NCBI GenBank assembly: GCA_965262915.1 | Contig: OZ253564.1 | Location: 1,216,001 to 1,280,000, forward strand | Source of the DNA: Candidatus Spongiisociaceae bacterium | GTDB lineage: Bacteria > Actinomycetota > Acidimicrobiia > Spongiisociales > Spongiisociaceae | Direction of reading: 5' to 3' | DNA: 64,000 nt | In this document: one piece after another, positions 32,651 through 42,300 of the stretch | How positions within the stretch are numbered: position 1 is the first letter of the stretch | Layout: each line of letters begins with the position of its first letter | The notes under the pieces: model-generated | What the model was told of the DNA's origin: nothing | Database searches by the model: none | Seen by the model: the letters and a program-made list of their open reading frames with translations, nothing else | Translations under genes and position numbers: made by a program

Positions 32651-34390
32651 TCAGAATCTAAACCCGAATAGTCCGCCCTCTGGAACCGTGTCCGTCAGTC
32701 GGACGCTCGTAACGTGATCGTATATGGAGAACCCATCGGGCAAGGTTGCTGGTATGTCATCTGAGTTCATTGTGACGATGTACTGAAACCCGCTCTGAGT
32801 CGCCACCTCGTGGGCCAAGGCTAGCCCGCGGCCGATTTGGCGCTCATCGACACCGTCAAAGATGTGGCTGTCGTGTACGAGGAAACGCGGGCCTATACGG
32901 CGTACCGCGCAGAGTTGGGACACGAGCAGATCAAAGCAGAAGACCTGCATGTTGCTGATTCCCTTGCTCTTGCCAGCCGAGCTCGCGATCTTGAAGGTCG
33001 GCCCGTTCTCCGACGATCCGATCTCTAGGCTCCCCTCTCGTTCTTCGTACAGACGCGAGGAGAAGGTTTCGAACGTGCCAATGAGATCCCGAAGCTGAGA
33101 GTAGCGTTCGCGCTGGTCCCCTTGAAGCTGTACTAGGAGACTCTGGCGTGCCCTCTTAACGCCCGCCTTTCCGGAGTCGATCTCGTCGGCGAGCTGGTAG
33201 CTGTTCCGGAGCTTTTCGAGTTGGGCTTGCGCAGTCGCGAATTCTTCTTGCAACCCTGTAAGTTCCGAGAGGGCGCCACCTGACCGAAGGACACGGAACA
33301 GGTCGGCTCGTCTACTATCGAGACCCTGTTGTTTAGCGTTGCGTGCGCTGATGCGTTGCTTGGCGCGACTCACTTCGTCTTGGAGGTAATGGGCTCTGTT
33401 CCGAATAACCGATTCGTGGAACTCGGCCACTTCGCGAAATCGTCGGCGCACAAGATCGCCAAGCTGGACACCGGCCGCTTCATACATGACCGTTAGGGCG
33501 TCGGCATCCGGCGGTACCTCTTTTTTGTACGTCAGCTGCAGTTGGTCGATGAGGGCCATGTCAATAGCGTTGTCGTCAGCAAGCTGTCGAATCGTCGTGG
33601 TGAGGTCGTTAGCTTCCCGTTCGAGTTCGGTGAACGCATCCACAACACGGAAGCTATCGATGTTCCTACGAAGAGTGGTCACACGTTTCTCGGCCAACGT
33701 GACCATTGTTCGCAGCTTTGCGACGGATCCCGTCGCAAACGAACCGAGGTCTCCCTCCTGGAGGGCAGTGGCAAGTGTTCGAACGGCCTTTTCGCGCTTG
33801 CGGACGTCGTCCCACGACTCGGCGATGTGCCAGTCCAGATCAAGCAGAAACGAGATAGCTATCTGATAGTTAGCCGTTAACTGTTGGTGGCTGTGCTTGA
33901 AAGGGTTGTCAAAGCCGCCAGCCTCGACCCGTCGGGCGAAGTACGGCAGTAGGGACCGTACCGACGGACCGTCAGGTCCGGTCAACCCAAACAACTCCTT
34001 ACGCAGTAGACCCCGCCACTCTGTGAGCTTCAGCCTGTCCGTTTGGGGACCGTCCTCGAAGAGCTGATCCGATGGCTCCGAAGGATCTCGGGAGACCAAA
34101 AAAGCGCGTGGCGGCGCTACGGATCGGCTAACAGACCGACGCGTAGGCCCGAGGTCGAAATCGAGAGTGAACACTGACTCCGCCAGAGTCTCGCTCTTGA
34201 AGATCGAATCCCTCCCAGCGTTGCCGCCGAGGAGAAAGTGCAACAGCAACACAAAGCTGCTCTTGCCCACACCGTTGCGTGTGTCGGCGTCGGTAGCGCG
34301 CTCGTGTTGATCCGCGACGAGGATGTTTAGGCCATGCCCGAAAGTCAGCGTCTTGAAACGAGTGTCCGTAGAGGAGAGTTCGTGGATCAC
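32651..34390 (-). CDS. lmuB: Lamassu / ABC-three-component SMC-like ABC ATPase (DUF2326)
   Basis: Walker A RNGVGKS, coiled-coil middle, SKG signature, Walker B LVHDSH, DERQ. Confidence 0.88.
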   Translation of the reverse strand: MIHELSSTDTRFKTLTFGHGLNILVADQHERATDADTRNGVGKSSFVLLLHFLLGGNAGRDSIFKSETLAESVFTLDFDLGPTRRSVSRSVAPPRAFLVSRDPSEPSDQLFEDGPQTDRLKLTEWRGLLRKELFGLTGPDGPSVRSLLPYFARRVEAGGFDNPFKHSHQQLTANYQIAISFLLDLDWHIAESWDDVRKREKAVRTLATALQEGDLGSFATGSVAKLRTMVTLAEKRVTTLRRNIDSFRVVDAFTELEREANDLTTTIRQLADDNAIDMALIDQLQLTYKKEVPPDADALTVMYEAAGVQLGDLVRRRFREVAEFHESVIRNRAHYLQDEVSRAKQRISARNAKQQGLDSRRADLFRVLRSGGALSELTGLQEEFATAQAQLEKLRNSYQLADEIDSGKAGVKRARQSLLVQLQGDQRERYSQLRDLIGTFETFSSRLYEEREGSLEIGSSENGPTFKIASSAGKSKGISNMQVFCFDLLVSQLCAVRRIGPRFLVHDSHIFDGVDERQIGRGLALAHEVATQSGFQYIVTMNSDDIPATLPDGFSIYDHVTSVRLTDTVPEGGLFGFRF

Positions 34391-34635
34391 ATCTGAGTCC
34401 GACGGATAAGACCCCGCCCGGTGACCCGGATAGCCCCGAGGAGATAGAGCAAATCCAACGAAAGGACGAACCAGTCGTAGGAGATACGGGCATTCTCCAC
34501 GACTTCTCGCTGTTCACCTAGCTGGCGCCACAGCCCACTCACACTTAGGGACGAATCGCCAAGAACGCCGAGAACCTCACCGCCTACTGTGATAAGTGCC
34601 TTCGACGCCGGTACTCCCTTGCTCGGGAAGATCAT
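34387..34635 (-). CDS. lmuC: Lamassu / ABC-3C middle component
   Basis: 82 aa MIFPSK...SYDWFVLSLDLLYLLGAI; coupled on both sides. Confidence 0.8.
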   Translation of the reverse strand: MIFPSKGVPASKALITVGGEVLGVLGDSSLSVSGLWRQLGEQREVVENARISYDWFVLSLDLLYLLGAIRVTGRGLIRRTQM

Positions 34636-35537
34636 GCCGTTACCTCGCCGGGGATCTCGAAAATGTGGCAGCGTTCGAAGAAATATGCCAAGACAGCGAG
34701 CGCACTGGCTAGAACGGTTGTGTCCGCACCACCCCCACAGATCCAGGCCAGCATGAGGTCAAAGACAACTGCTGCCGATCGTTCCTCATCGCGGAAACGG
34801 CAGTAGCGGTCGGACACAGCCCTGGCGATTGAGTCGGCGCGGGTAGGTAGAACGAATGCGTTTTCGAGGTAGCGCTCAACGAGAGGCGCGTTCCTGGTTC
34901 CCATCCTCAGGAAATCCACCTGCGCTGGCTTCAGCGCGTTGGCTTCGATCTTGCTCGCAGGCACCGGGAGTACCTCGTCCGATGGGTCGGGCACCATGTG
35001 TCCGAGTGCCTCGATCAGCGGGCCCAGGCTCGACGCATCTACCGCCAAGAAGTCCTGGTGAGTCAATGCTGGGCCCAGAATGGCCTGGCGATGGGCGTCA
35101 TGGAGGCGGGCGAACTCGTCGCGGAGCTGGGGGATTCCCCAGGCGGTACAGGTTACGTGCTCTGATCTCGAGTCGAGCTCGGCGATCGTCGTAGCAATCA
35201 TTGGGCCAAGGCCGTCGCGGTCATTGTGCACGAAGACCCAGGTGTCAAAGTAGTCCTCCCAGTAGTCAATAGCCCCCTCATAGTCCTCGACAAGCTTCGC
35301 TTTCAGCTTTTTTGCGGTGAGTGTCGAGGGCGCGTAGGACTGGAAAAGGATCCGACGCGCTGGCGACCAACCATCGTTCTTCCGGTCACCCTGGTTGCCC
35401 CATGGCCGCACTCGTTGGAAACCGACATCGCGTCGCTCCATGATCTGAGCGAACAGATCCTGAAACTCATTGCCTCGCCGCGCAAGGCAGGCGTTGTGGA
35501 AGACCATCTCCCATCCAGAACTCAACGGCGTCGACAT
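34632..35537 (-). CDS. lmuA: Lamassu / ABC-3C effector: PD-(D/E)xK-like nuclease + C-terminal domain
   Basis: GNEFQDLF..IM, V.PWG..GDRKNDG, FQSYAP; C-terminal YFFERCHIFE. Confidence 0.8.
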   Translation of the reverse strand: MSTPLSSGWEMVFHNACLARRGNEFQDLFAQIMERRDVGFQRVRPWGNQGDRKNDGWSPARRILFQSYAPSTLTAKKLKAKLVEDYEGAIDYWEDYFDTWVFVHNDRDGLGPMIATTIAELDSRSEHVTCTAWGIPQLRDEFARLHDAHRQAILGPALTHQDFLAVDASSLGPLIEALGHMVPDPSDEVLPVPASKIEANALKPAQVDFLRMGTRNAPLVERYLENAFVLPTRADSIARAVSDRYCRFRDEERSAAVVFDLMLAWICGGGADTTVLASALAVLAYFFERCHIFEIPGEVTA

Positions 35538-36152
35538 GGCCACAGGGTACGCCGGCATTGGGACACCCGAATCGAGATCCAGAACGAAAAGGGGGAGAGG
35601 AGGCACGAAGGGAAACCCCCGAACGCCCAAGAACCAAGCGACCAAGCGACCAAGGAAACCCAAGGCTGCTTGCCAGGTGCCCCCAAGGGGCTATGCACAT
35701 TGCGGGATCTGTACACGGAGCCCTACACCTGGACGCCGCTCAACCCGAACGAAATCGCCACCCGCCTAGAGCTCCACACGGCTGACTCCCGTTACCCGTA
35801 AACCGACTCGTCCACGCCAGCGCAGCCCCTAGGCTTATTGCACATATTGGGCGGATACCTGCAATACCCGCCCACCCCGAAACCTCCTGACCAGGCATAA
35901 CGCGCAACGCCTGGACGCGTGAACCCTGCGGGATACCTGCAATGCCTCACCGAACCCGGCCTTCATAGGGGTGCGGGAGCTGTGCCGGCAAGAGGAGTGG
36001 ACAGGGCCGGGCGGCGGCGGTTAAGGTTTCGGGTACCAACACACCCATGGGAGCCCCCAACCTCTGCAGGTTCGGGGTTTTCCCATTCGTGGGGTTGTAG
36101 AAGCCGGGTATTACCCGGGAGTGTCACACCGGTGGGCGATACTCGGGGGGGT

Positions 36153-37033
36153 ATGGGTTGTGTTGTCAGTTTCCTCCCACCCGCAGCGCCGGAGTCGGAT
36201 CATCCGGTGCACCATGTGCTGTCTGTGGCGGGGGCGGTGGAGGCTTTCTTCGCTAATCGTGACTTGGCGGCGGCCGCCCTGTGACTGAACTCGACCCGCG
36301 GCTTGTGGCGGTTGTCTTCGCGGATCGGTGGGCCCGCTGTGCGCCGGCGACGTGGAACCCCCGGCGGGTGGCGGTGCAGGCCTTCGCTACTTGGTGCGGT
36401 GATCGCTGGTCCATGGCTGCTGGTCCCCTCGCCGCGGTGCCGCCACGCCGGCGGGCGGTGGACAACACCTGGGCGATCTCGTATGCGGATCTCGAGGAGT
36501 TGTGGCGCCGCTGTGGGGTGCTGCTTAGGGAGACGCTGCTGTGGCGGTTGCTGTAGGAAACAGCAGCCCGCACATCGGTGGTGCTGGCCCTGGATGTGGG
36601 GGATCTGGACCGGGCGGGGCGGCGGGCCCGGATCCGTTCCAAGGGAGGCAGCGTCGACATGGTGGTGTGGGCGGCGCCCACCGCCCGCTTCTTGGGCCGC
36701 TATTTGGCCGACCGCACGGAGGGTCCCCTGTTCCTCACCCGGCACAGATCCCGCACCGCCCCGGCGTCCGGTGACCTGTATACGCGGACCGGCCGGGCCC
36801 GGCTGTCGTATCGGGCTGCAGCCGCGGAGTTCCGGCGCCATTTCGGCCGCTGGACCCTGCACCAGTTGCGCCAGTGGTCGTTGACGCATTTGGCCGAGGC
36901 GGGAGCGTCCGCGGTGATGTTGCAGGCCGAGAGCCGGTATCGGGACCTGCGCACCTTGTCGGTGTATGCCCGGCCCGGGGTCGAAGCTGTCGCACGGCTC
37001 ACCGCCACCCTGTTCGACGGTCCGGCCCGCTGA
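36153..37033 (+). pseudogene. XerC/D-like tyrosine recombinase, frameshifted with TAG at 36554
   Basis: LRETLLWRLL*ETAA, LALDVGDLD, SKGG, GPLFLT, WTLHQLR, TLSVYARP; GGATACCTGCAAT twice upstream. Confidence 0.8.
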
Positions 37034-37087
37034 CCACACAGAGCGGACACCTCCAAGTGGCGGCGCTGGGATCGTCGACCAGGTGGG

Positions 37088-37945
37088 CTAGTCGGGTTTG
37101 GACCTTTTGATCAGTGTGGTTAGCAGGTCTTCGTGTTTGTTGATATCGGCAGCGGCGGGGATGATGATCCGGTATTTGTTGATCGACTTGTCGTAGCTGA
37201 GGGTGCCGATGCCGGCTTCGTCGATGAGGTCGTCAACCTCGTCGGAGCGGGGAATACGGAAACGGACAAGGACCTTCTTCTTTTGTGGTGTCATCGACAC
37301 GTAGTTGTTTGCTATCCCTTGTTTGGCTAGCCCGATGTATTGCTTCTTGTACGTGGGGACCACGCCGGGGTCTTGTTCTTCGATCATCGACTGGATCCGG
37401 TCGACGAGCTTCATGACCTCCGGTGATGCCCGCTTTTGCCAATAGCTGCGGTCGGCGGGTTCGGCTTGGTCTTCTTCGTCTGTTCCCAGCGCCACCGAAT
37501 CCAAGACTTTCGTGAACACCAGTGCGACCCCGTCTTCGTTGACCCGGAGCGCGGTCATCTGGATGGCGACTATCGGGATGAACCCGTTGAACAGGTTGAT
37601 CACGTTGAAGAACCGGCCGGTGATCTCCTCGGCGACGATCACCGCTACGTGCTCGTATTGGGGGTAGCGGCGCCGTTCGTTGTCCCAGTACTCGAGGGTG
37701 CGGATGATGTGGGATTCGTCTGTGGCGCCGAGCTGGAGTTCGACCTCGTACCGGGTGGACCCTTCCGGGTCGCTCAGCAGCATGTCCAGGCGCCCGGCGT
37801 TGCGCTGTCGCCGCTCGATGTCTCTCACGTCAAGGTCGCCGAGACCGAGCAGCGACGGGTCGTCTTCGAGCACCTTCTGGACCCACTGCTCGCTCACGTC
37901 ACGACTGCTCCGCATCCCGACCTTGGGCAACTTGACGTGTTTCAC
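37088..37945 (-). CDS. NucS-like PD-(D/E)xK endonuclease-domain protein
   Basis: SEQWVQ..LEDDPSLLGLG, ERRQ..AGRLDMLL, RYEVELQLG.TDESHIIR.LEYW; GGAGG RBS. Confidence 0.75.
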   Translation of the reverse strand: MKHVKLPKVGMRSSRDVSEQWVQKVLEDDPSLLGLGDLDVRDIERRQRNAGRLDMLLSDPEGSTRYEVELQLGATDESHIIRTLEYWDNERRRYPQYEHVAVIVAEEITGRFFNVINLFNGFIPIVAIQMTALRVNEDGVALVFTKVLDSVALGTDEEDQAEPADRSYWQKRASPEVMKLVDRIQSMIEEQDPGVVPTYKKQYIGLAKQGIANNYVSMTPQKKKVLVRFRIPRSDEVDDLIDEAGIGTLSYDKSINKYRIIIPAAADINKHEDLLTTLIKRSKPD

Positions 37946-38094
37946 GGGTTCCTCCACTGCCGGCCGCCAGGAGCTTATACGACGGTGCAGGGTCCGACCG
38001 AAGATGGGGGAGCGGAGATGAGAGCAGGGAGGAACCGGATCGAGGGGAGACCTGGAAGGCGGAGATGGGGGAGGATTGGATCCGGGGGGAACTC

Positions 38095-38233
38095 CAGTGT
38101 CGCTGTTGGGGTGGAACGGGCACATGGCCATAACCGACGCGGCGCCCCCGGCCCGCTTGACCTGGGTGACCTCTCCGATGAGGTCGACGAGGTCGGTAGC
38201 CTCTCGGACCAGCACCGCCGCCGCCGAACCCAT
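38095..38233 (-). pseudogene. Truncated CHC2 zinc finger (DNA primase N-terminus)
   Basis: VREATDLVDLIGEVTQVKRAG...MCPFH, then similarity ends; AAGGGAGG RBS. Confidence 0.7.
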
Positions 38234-38288
38234 GCTGCCCTCCCTTCCGGTAATTTGATGGGGTTTGTACACCACCGGGCCGGGCGCG

Positions 38289-38724
38289 ACCGTGCGACTA
38301 ACCGTGCGAGTAGCCCCCAAACCGTGCGACTAACCGTGCGTCTGTCTCTGACCTGGGGTTTCGCGGACGCCGCCGGGGGGATGTGAGTCCCTGCTGCGGG
38401 TGGCTACTCGGCGCAGCCGACCTGCCGGCAAGTGGCCGTCCTCGAGGAGTACGAAGCGCCCGTGTGTGGTCGGGCGGGGAGAGCACGGTGAAACAGCCGG
38501 GCAGCTTCCGCCGGTCCACACGCCCAGGCTGCCTCTCCCTACGGCGAGGGGATCCGGTCGACGTAGGAGCCGGCCGAAACATGACGCATGGGACGGCTCC
38601 AGGGGTACCGCCCGCGCGGGTGACAGAGGTACCCCCCGGGCCGCCCGCGCTGGCCAAACCGTGCGTTTACATCCCCAAACCGTGCGACTAACCGTGCGTC
38701 TGTCTCTGACCTGGGGTTTCGCGG
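38289..38724. repeat. 52-bp exact direct repeat (38315-38366, 38673-38724) with seven ACCGTGCG iterations
   Basis: CCCCAAACCGTGCGACTAACCGTGCGTCTGTCTCTGACCTGGGGTTTCGCGG twice. Confidence 0.9.
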
Positions 38725-39396
38725 GGCAGCGACCCCGGCTCCCCGGCCGGGCCGCCGGGGCGTGTCACCACCAACTCCCCGGCGGGGTTACCGGGGTACC
38801 CCTGGGCGGGAAGCCGTAGAAGCCGGGCTCCACCTCGTCGCGGTAGCGGGTAACGGGGGGATTTGGGGGTCTGGGTGGGCGGGTGTCGCCGTGTTGGGGC
38901 CGGGTCTGGTCGGGGCGGGGCGGGTTTGCCCAGACCCGGAAGGGCCGGCTACTTGCCTCGGGAGGACGGGTGTGGGTCTGGGTGGGCTGTGTGCCGGGGC
39001 GGGTATTGGTGGGATGACCTGGGGGTTTGGGGGTCTGGTCGGGGTTGGTGGCGGGGTGTACGGCGATAGGTGTGTGTGTGGTCGGGTTGGTGGTTCGGGT
39101 GTCGGGTGGTTGGGATGGGTGGTTCGGGTGTCGGGTGGTTTGGTGCCGGGGTGGGTGTCCGGGTGGGGGGGTGTACCGGGGTATCGGTGGTTGTGGATAA
39201 GTGGGGGTACTTGGGTATTCGGGGGGTTGGGTGTGGGGAGGGTGTTTCGGGGCCGTTTGTGCGAGGCACGTTTGCATTAAAATGCAGTACCGCTGTACCC
39301 CCCACCGAGATACCACCATACCCCCCTGGGGGATACCGGCGTACTTCCGGGTAGTCGCGCTGTCGCGAACGCGGGCATAGTGCATGATGCCGGACC

Positions 39397-42300
39397 ATGT
39401 CGGTTTCGATCTACAAAGTCGGCGTCGAGCACGTCGCCTACTACATGGGCTGCAAAGGCCACGGCGGGCACAGTGCGGGGGCGGCGGGCGGCGGGCGGCG
39501 GCCTGCGGGGGCTTCCCCGGTGGGCGGCGCGGAGGGTATCCCCGCAGGCGGGTCCCCGGCGGGCGGGTCAGCGGCGGTGGTGGGGGCCGGCGGCGGTGGT
39601 GGAGCCCCCGTTGGGGGCGTTCCGCTGGTCGGCTATTACACGGGCAGGGACGGGGAGTTGGCTGGCCGGTGGGCGGCGGGGGGGTCTATGAGTGTGGCGG
39701 TCGGTGCGCCGGTGACTCCCCAACAGCTCACAGCGTCGCTGTCCGCGGTGGATCCTGAGAGCGGGGAGCGGTTGGGTAGGCGTTACACGCCGGGAGGCAC
39801 CTACGTCGACCGGTTGGGGGTGACCCGCCGTCGGCGTAAGTTCAGCGCCTACGACATGGTGTACGCCCCGCCGAAGTCGGTCAGCGCGGCGTGGGCGCTG
39901 GCCGACCCGGCGACCCGCAAGCAGGTCGAGGCGGCGTGGGATCGTAGCGTCGGGGCGGTTGTCGGCTTTGTCCAGACCGAAGCGGTAGCGTCGAGGTCGG
40001 GAACCAACGGGGTCCGCCGGGAGGAAGTACCGGCGGGGGCGACCATCGCCCGTTTCGACCATTGGACTTCCCGAGCCGCCGACCCCCACGTCCACGCACA
40101 CCTCCTGGTCCACAACCGGGTGCAATGCTCCGATGGCAAGTGGCGCACCCTCGACGGGAGGCTGCTGTACCACAACGCTGCGGCGGCGTCGGCTGTGGGC
40201 GGAGCGGTGCTCCGTGCTGAGCTGTCCCGACGGCTCGGGTGGAGCTGGGACCGGGTAGGCGACCACTGGCACGCCGAGCTGGCGGGCAGCCCCCGCCGTC
40301 TCATCGCGCAGTGGTCCACCCGTCGGCGGCAGATCGACCGCGCAGCGCAGGCCAAAATCCGCCGCTTCGAGACCGACCAGCAGCGTGAACCCACCCCGGC
40401 GGAGCGGGCCGAGCTGTGGGCGAGGGCGCAGCGCAGCACCCGCCCTTCCAAACAAGACGACCCCGACCCCCACACCCGCTGGCATCGGGAAGCCGAAGCT
40501 CTCGGCGTCGACCCCGCGCAGGTGACTGCCTCCTATCAGACGGCCCGGCGGCGGGAACCCGACGGCTACGACCGGGCCGAGCTGGTGCTATCCCGCGGCG
40601 GCCAGGCTGCCCCCACCGTGGTGGCAGACGCTGTCGTCGCGCAGTTGGAACAGCTCGGGCAGGCGTCCCGGGGTCTGTCCCGGCCTGACATTCTCCGCAC
40701 GCTGTGGGCCACCCTCAACGCAGGGGCCGCCCTGGACGGCCAAGACATCGACGTGGAAGCCGAGCTGGGCCGCCTCGCCGACGAACTGTGGGAACGGGCG
40801 ACCAGCCGTTTGGTGGAACGCGACGGCCGCTGGTACTCGACCGGGCTGGCCTCAGCTGAGGTGGCCGCCGTGTCCTGGCTGGCTTCCGACGCCCAACCGG
40901 CCGCAGCCGCCGCCGCCGAAGTGGACACTGCCGGGCTCGGCGGCGACCAGGCCGCCGCGGTGGACACCATCCTCGCCGCGACCACTCGGGGTGTGGTGGT
41001 GCTCGGGCCGGCCGGGGCGGGCAAGACCGAGATGCTGAGCCGGGTGGCCGCCGCGGTCGGAGCGGACCGGGTACTTGCTGTGGCTCCCACCGCCGAAGCC
41101 GCCGCCAACCTCGGTGCTGCTCTGGGTGTGGTGGGTGAAACCGCCGCCCGGGCGGCCCTGTCCGACGACCAGGTGCCCCGAGGTGGGTGGGTCATCGTCG
41201 ACGAAGCCGGCCAGCTCGACACCCGCACCCTCGCCGCTCTAGCCGGGCGGGCCGCCGCCGCCGACGCTCGCATGATCCTGGTCGGGGACACCGCACAGCA
41301 AGGCTCGGTCGGGGCGGGCGGCGTGTTCGCGGCCCTCGCAGACCGGCCCGATCTGGTTCCCGGCGCTGTGCTATCCGAACTGTGGCGCTTCTGTGACCGG
41401 GACGAGGCCCGCGCCACCGTCGGGTTACGCTCCGGCAACGTCGACGCCCTGGCCTACCACACCGAACGGGGCCGGGTGCATGACAGCACCGAAGCCGAGC
41501 TGCCCGCCGTCGCGGCCGGCTGGTGGGCCGCCCGCCGTGATCAGGACACCATCATCACCGCCCCCACCCGCCGTCTCGTAGCCGACATCAACTCGGCGAT
41601 CGCCGCCCACCGGCACCGTGCCGGGGAGACCGGCCCCGCTGTCCGCGGCGAGGGTGACGCCACCATCCGGGTGGGTGACACCGTGACCACCCGACGCAAC
41701 AACCGCCGGATCGTCGCGTCCGACGGCGGGTGGATCCGCAACGGTGACCGCTGGGAAGTCACCGGCACCACCCCCGACGGCCAGATCACCGCACGACGCC
41801 TCGACCGCTCCGCCACCGTGACACTCCCTAACCGCTACACCACAGAACATCTCCAGCTGGGTTACGCCACCACCCAGACCCGCGTCCAATCCCTCACCGT
41901 CGACGCCGCGCTGTGCGCTGTCACCCACGCGTCCCGCCGCGACCAGCTCTACGTCGGGATGACCCGAGGCCGGGGGGAGAACCACCTGCTGGTAGTCACC
42001 GACCAGCCACAGCACGACGAGGACACACCCCCCGACCATCTGCCACCCGACCACATCATCCGCACCGTCATGAGCCGGGGCGGCTCCCATCCTCTCTCCG
42101 TCCCCGCAGGGTCGTTCACCGTCACCCCCCAAGTAGCCGCCGCCCACCTCCACAAAATATCGGACACCCCCCACCGCGCTCCCCTCCCCGACCTGACCAA
42201 CGTCGACACCCGCCGCATACTCACCCACGGGATAACAGCACAGACAGGCGGCGTCGAAGCCGAAGCCCTAATCGGCGGAGCGATCGGAGCGTGGCTCGAC

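Noticed and set aside
37088-38320. 410-aa ORF as a real CHC2-nuclease fusion
   Set aside because: The zinc finger is incomplete, the linker is low-complexity, and the nuclease has its own GGAGG RBS and GTG at 37945
38762-39398. ORFs across the G/T-rich region upstream of the relaxase
   Set aside because: Low-complexity translations caused by strand skew; no protein motifs
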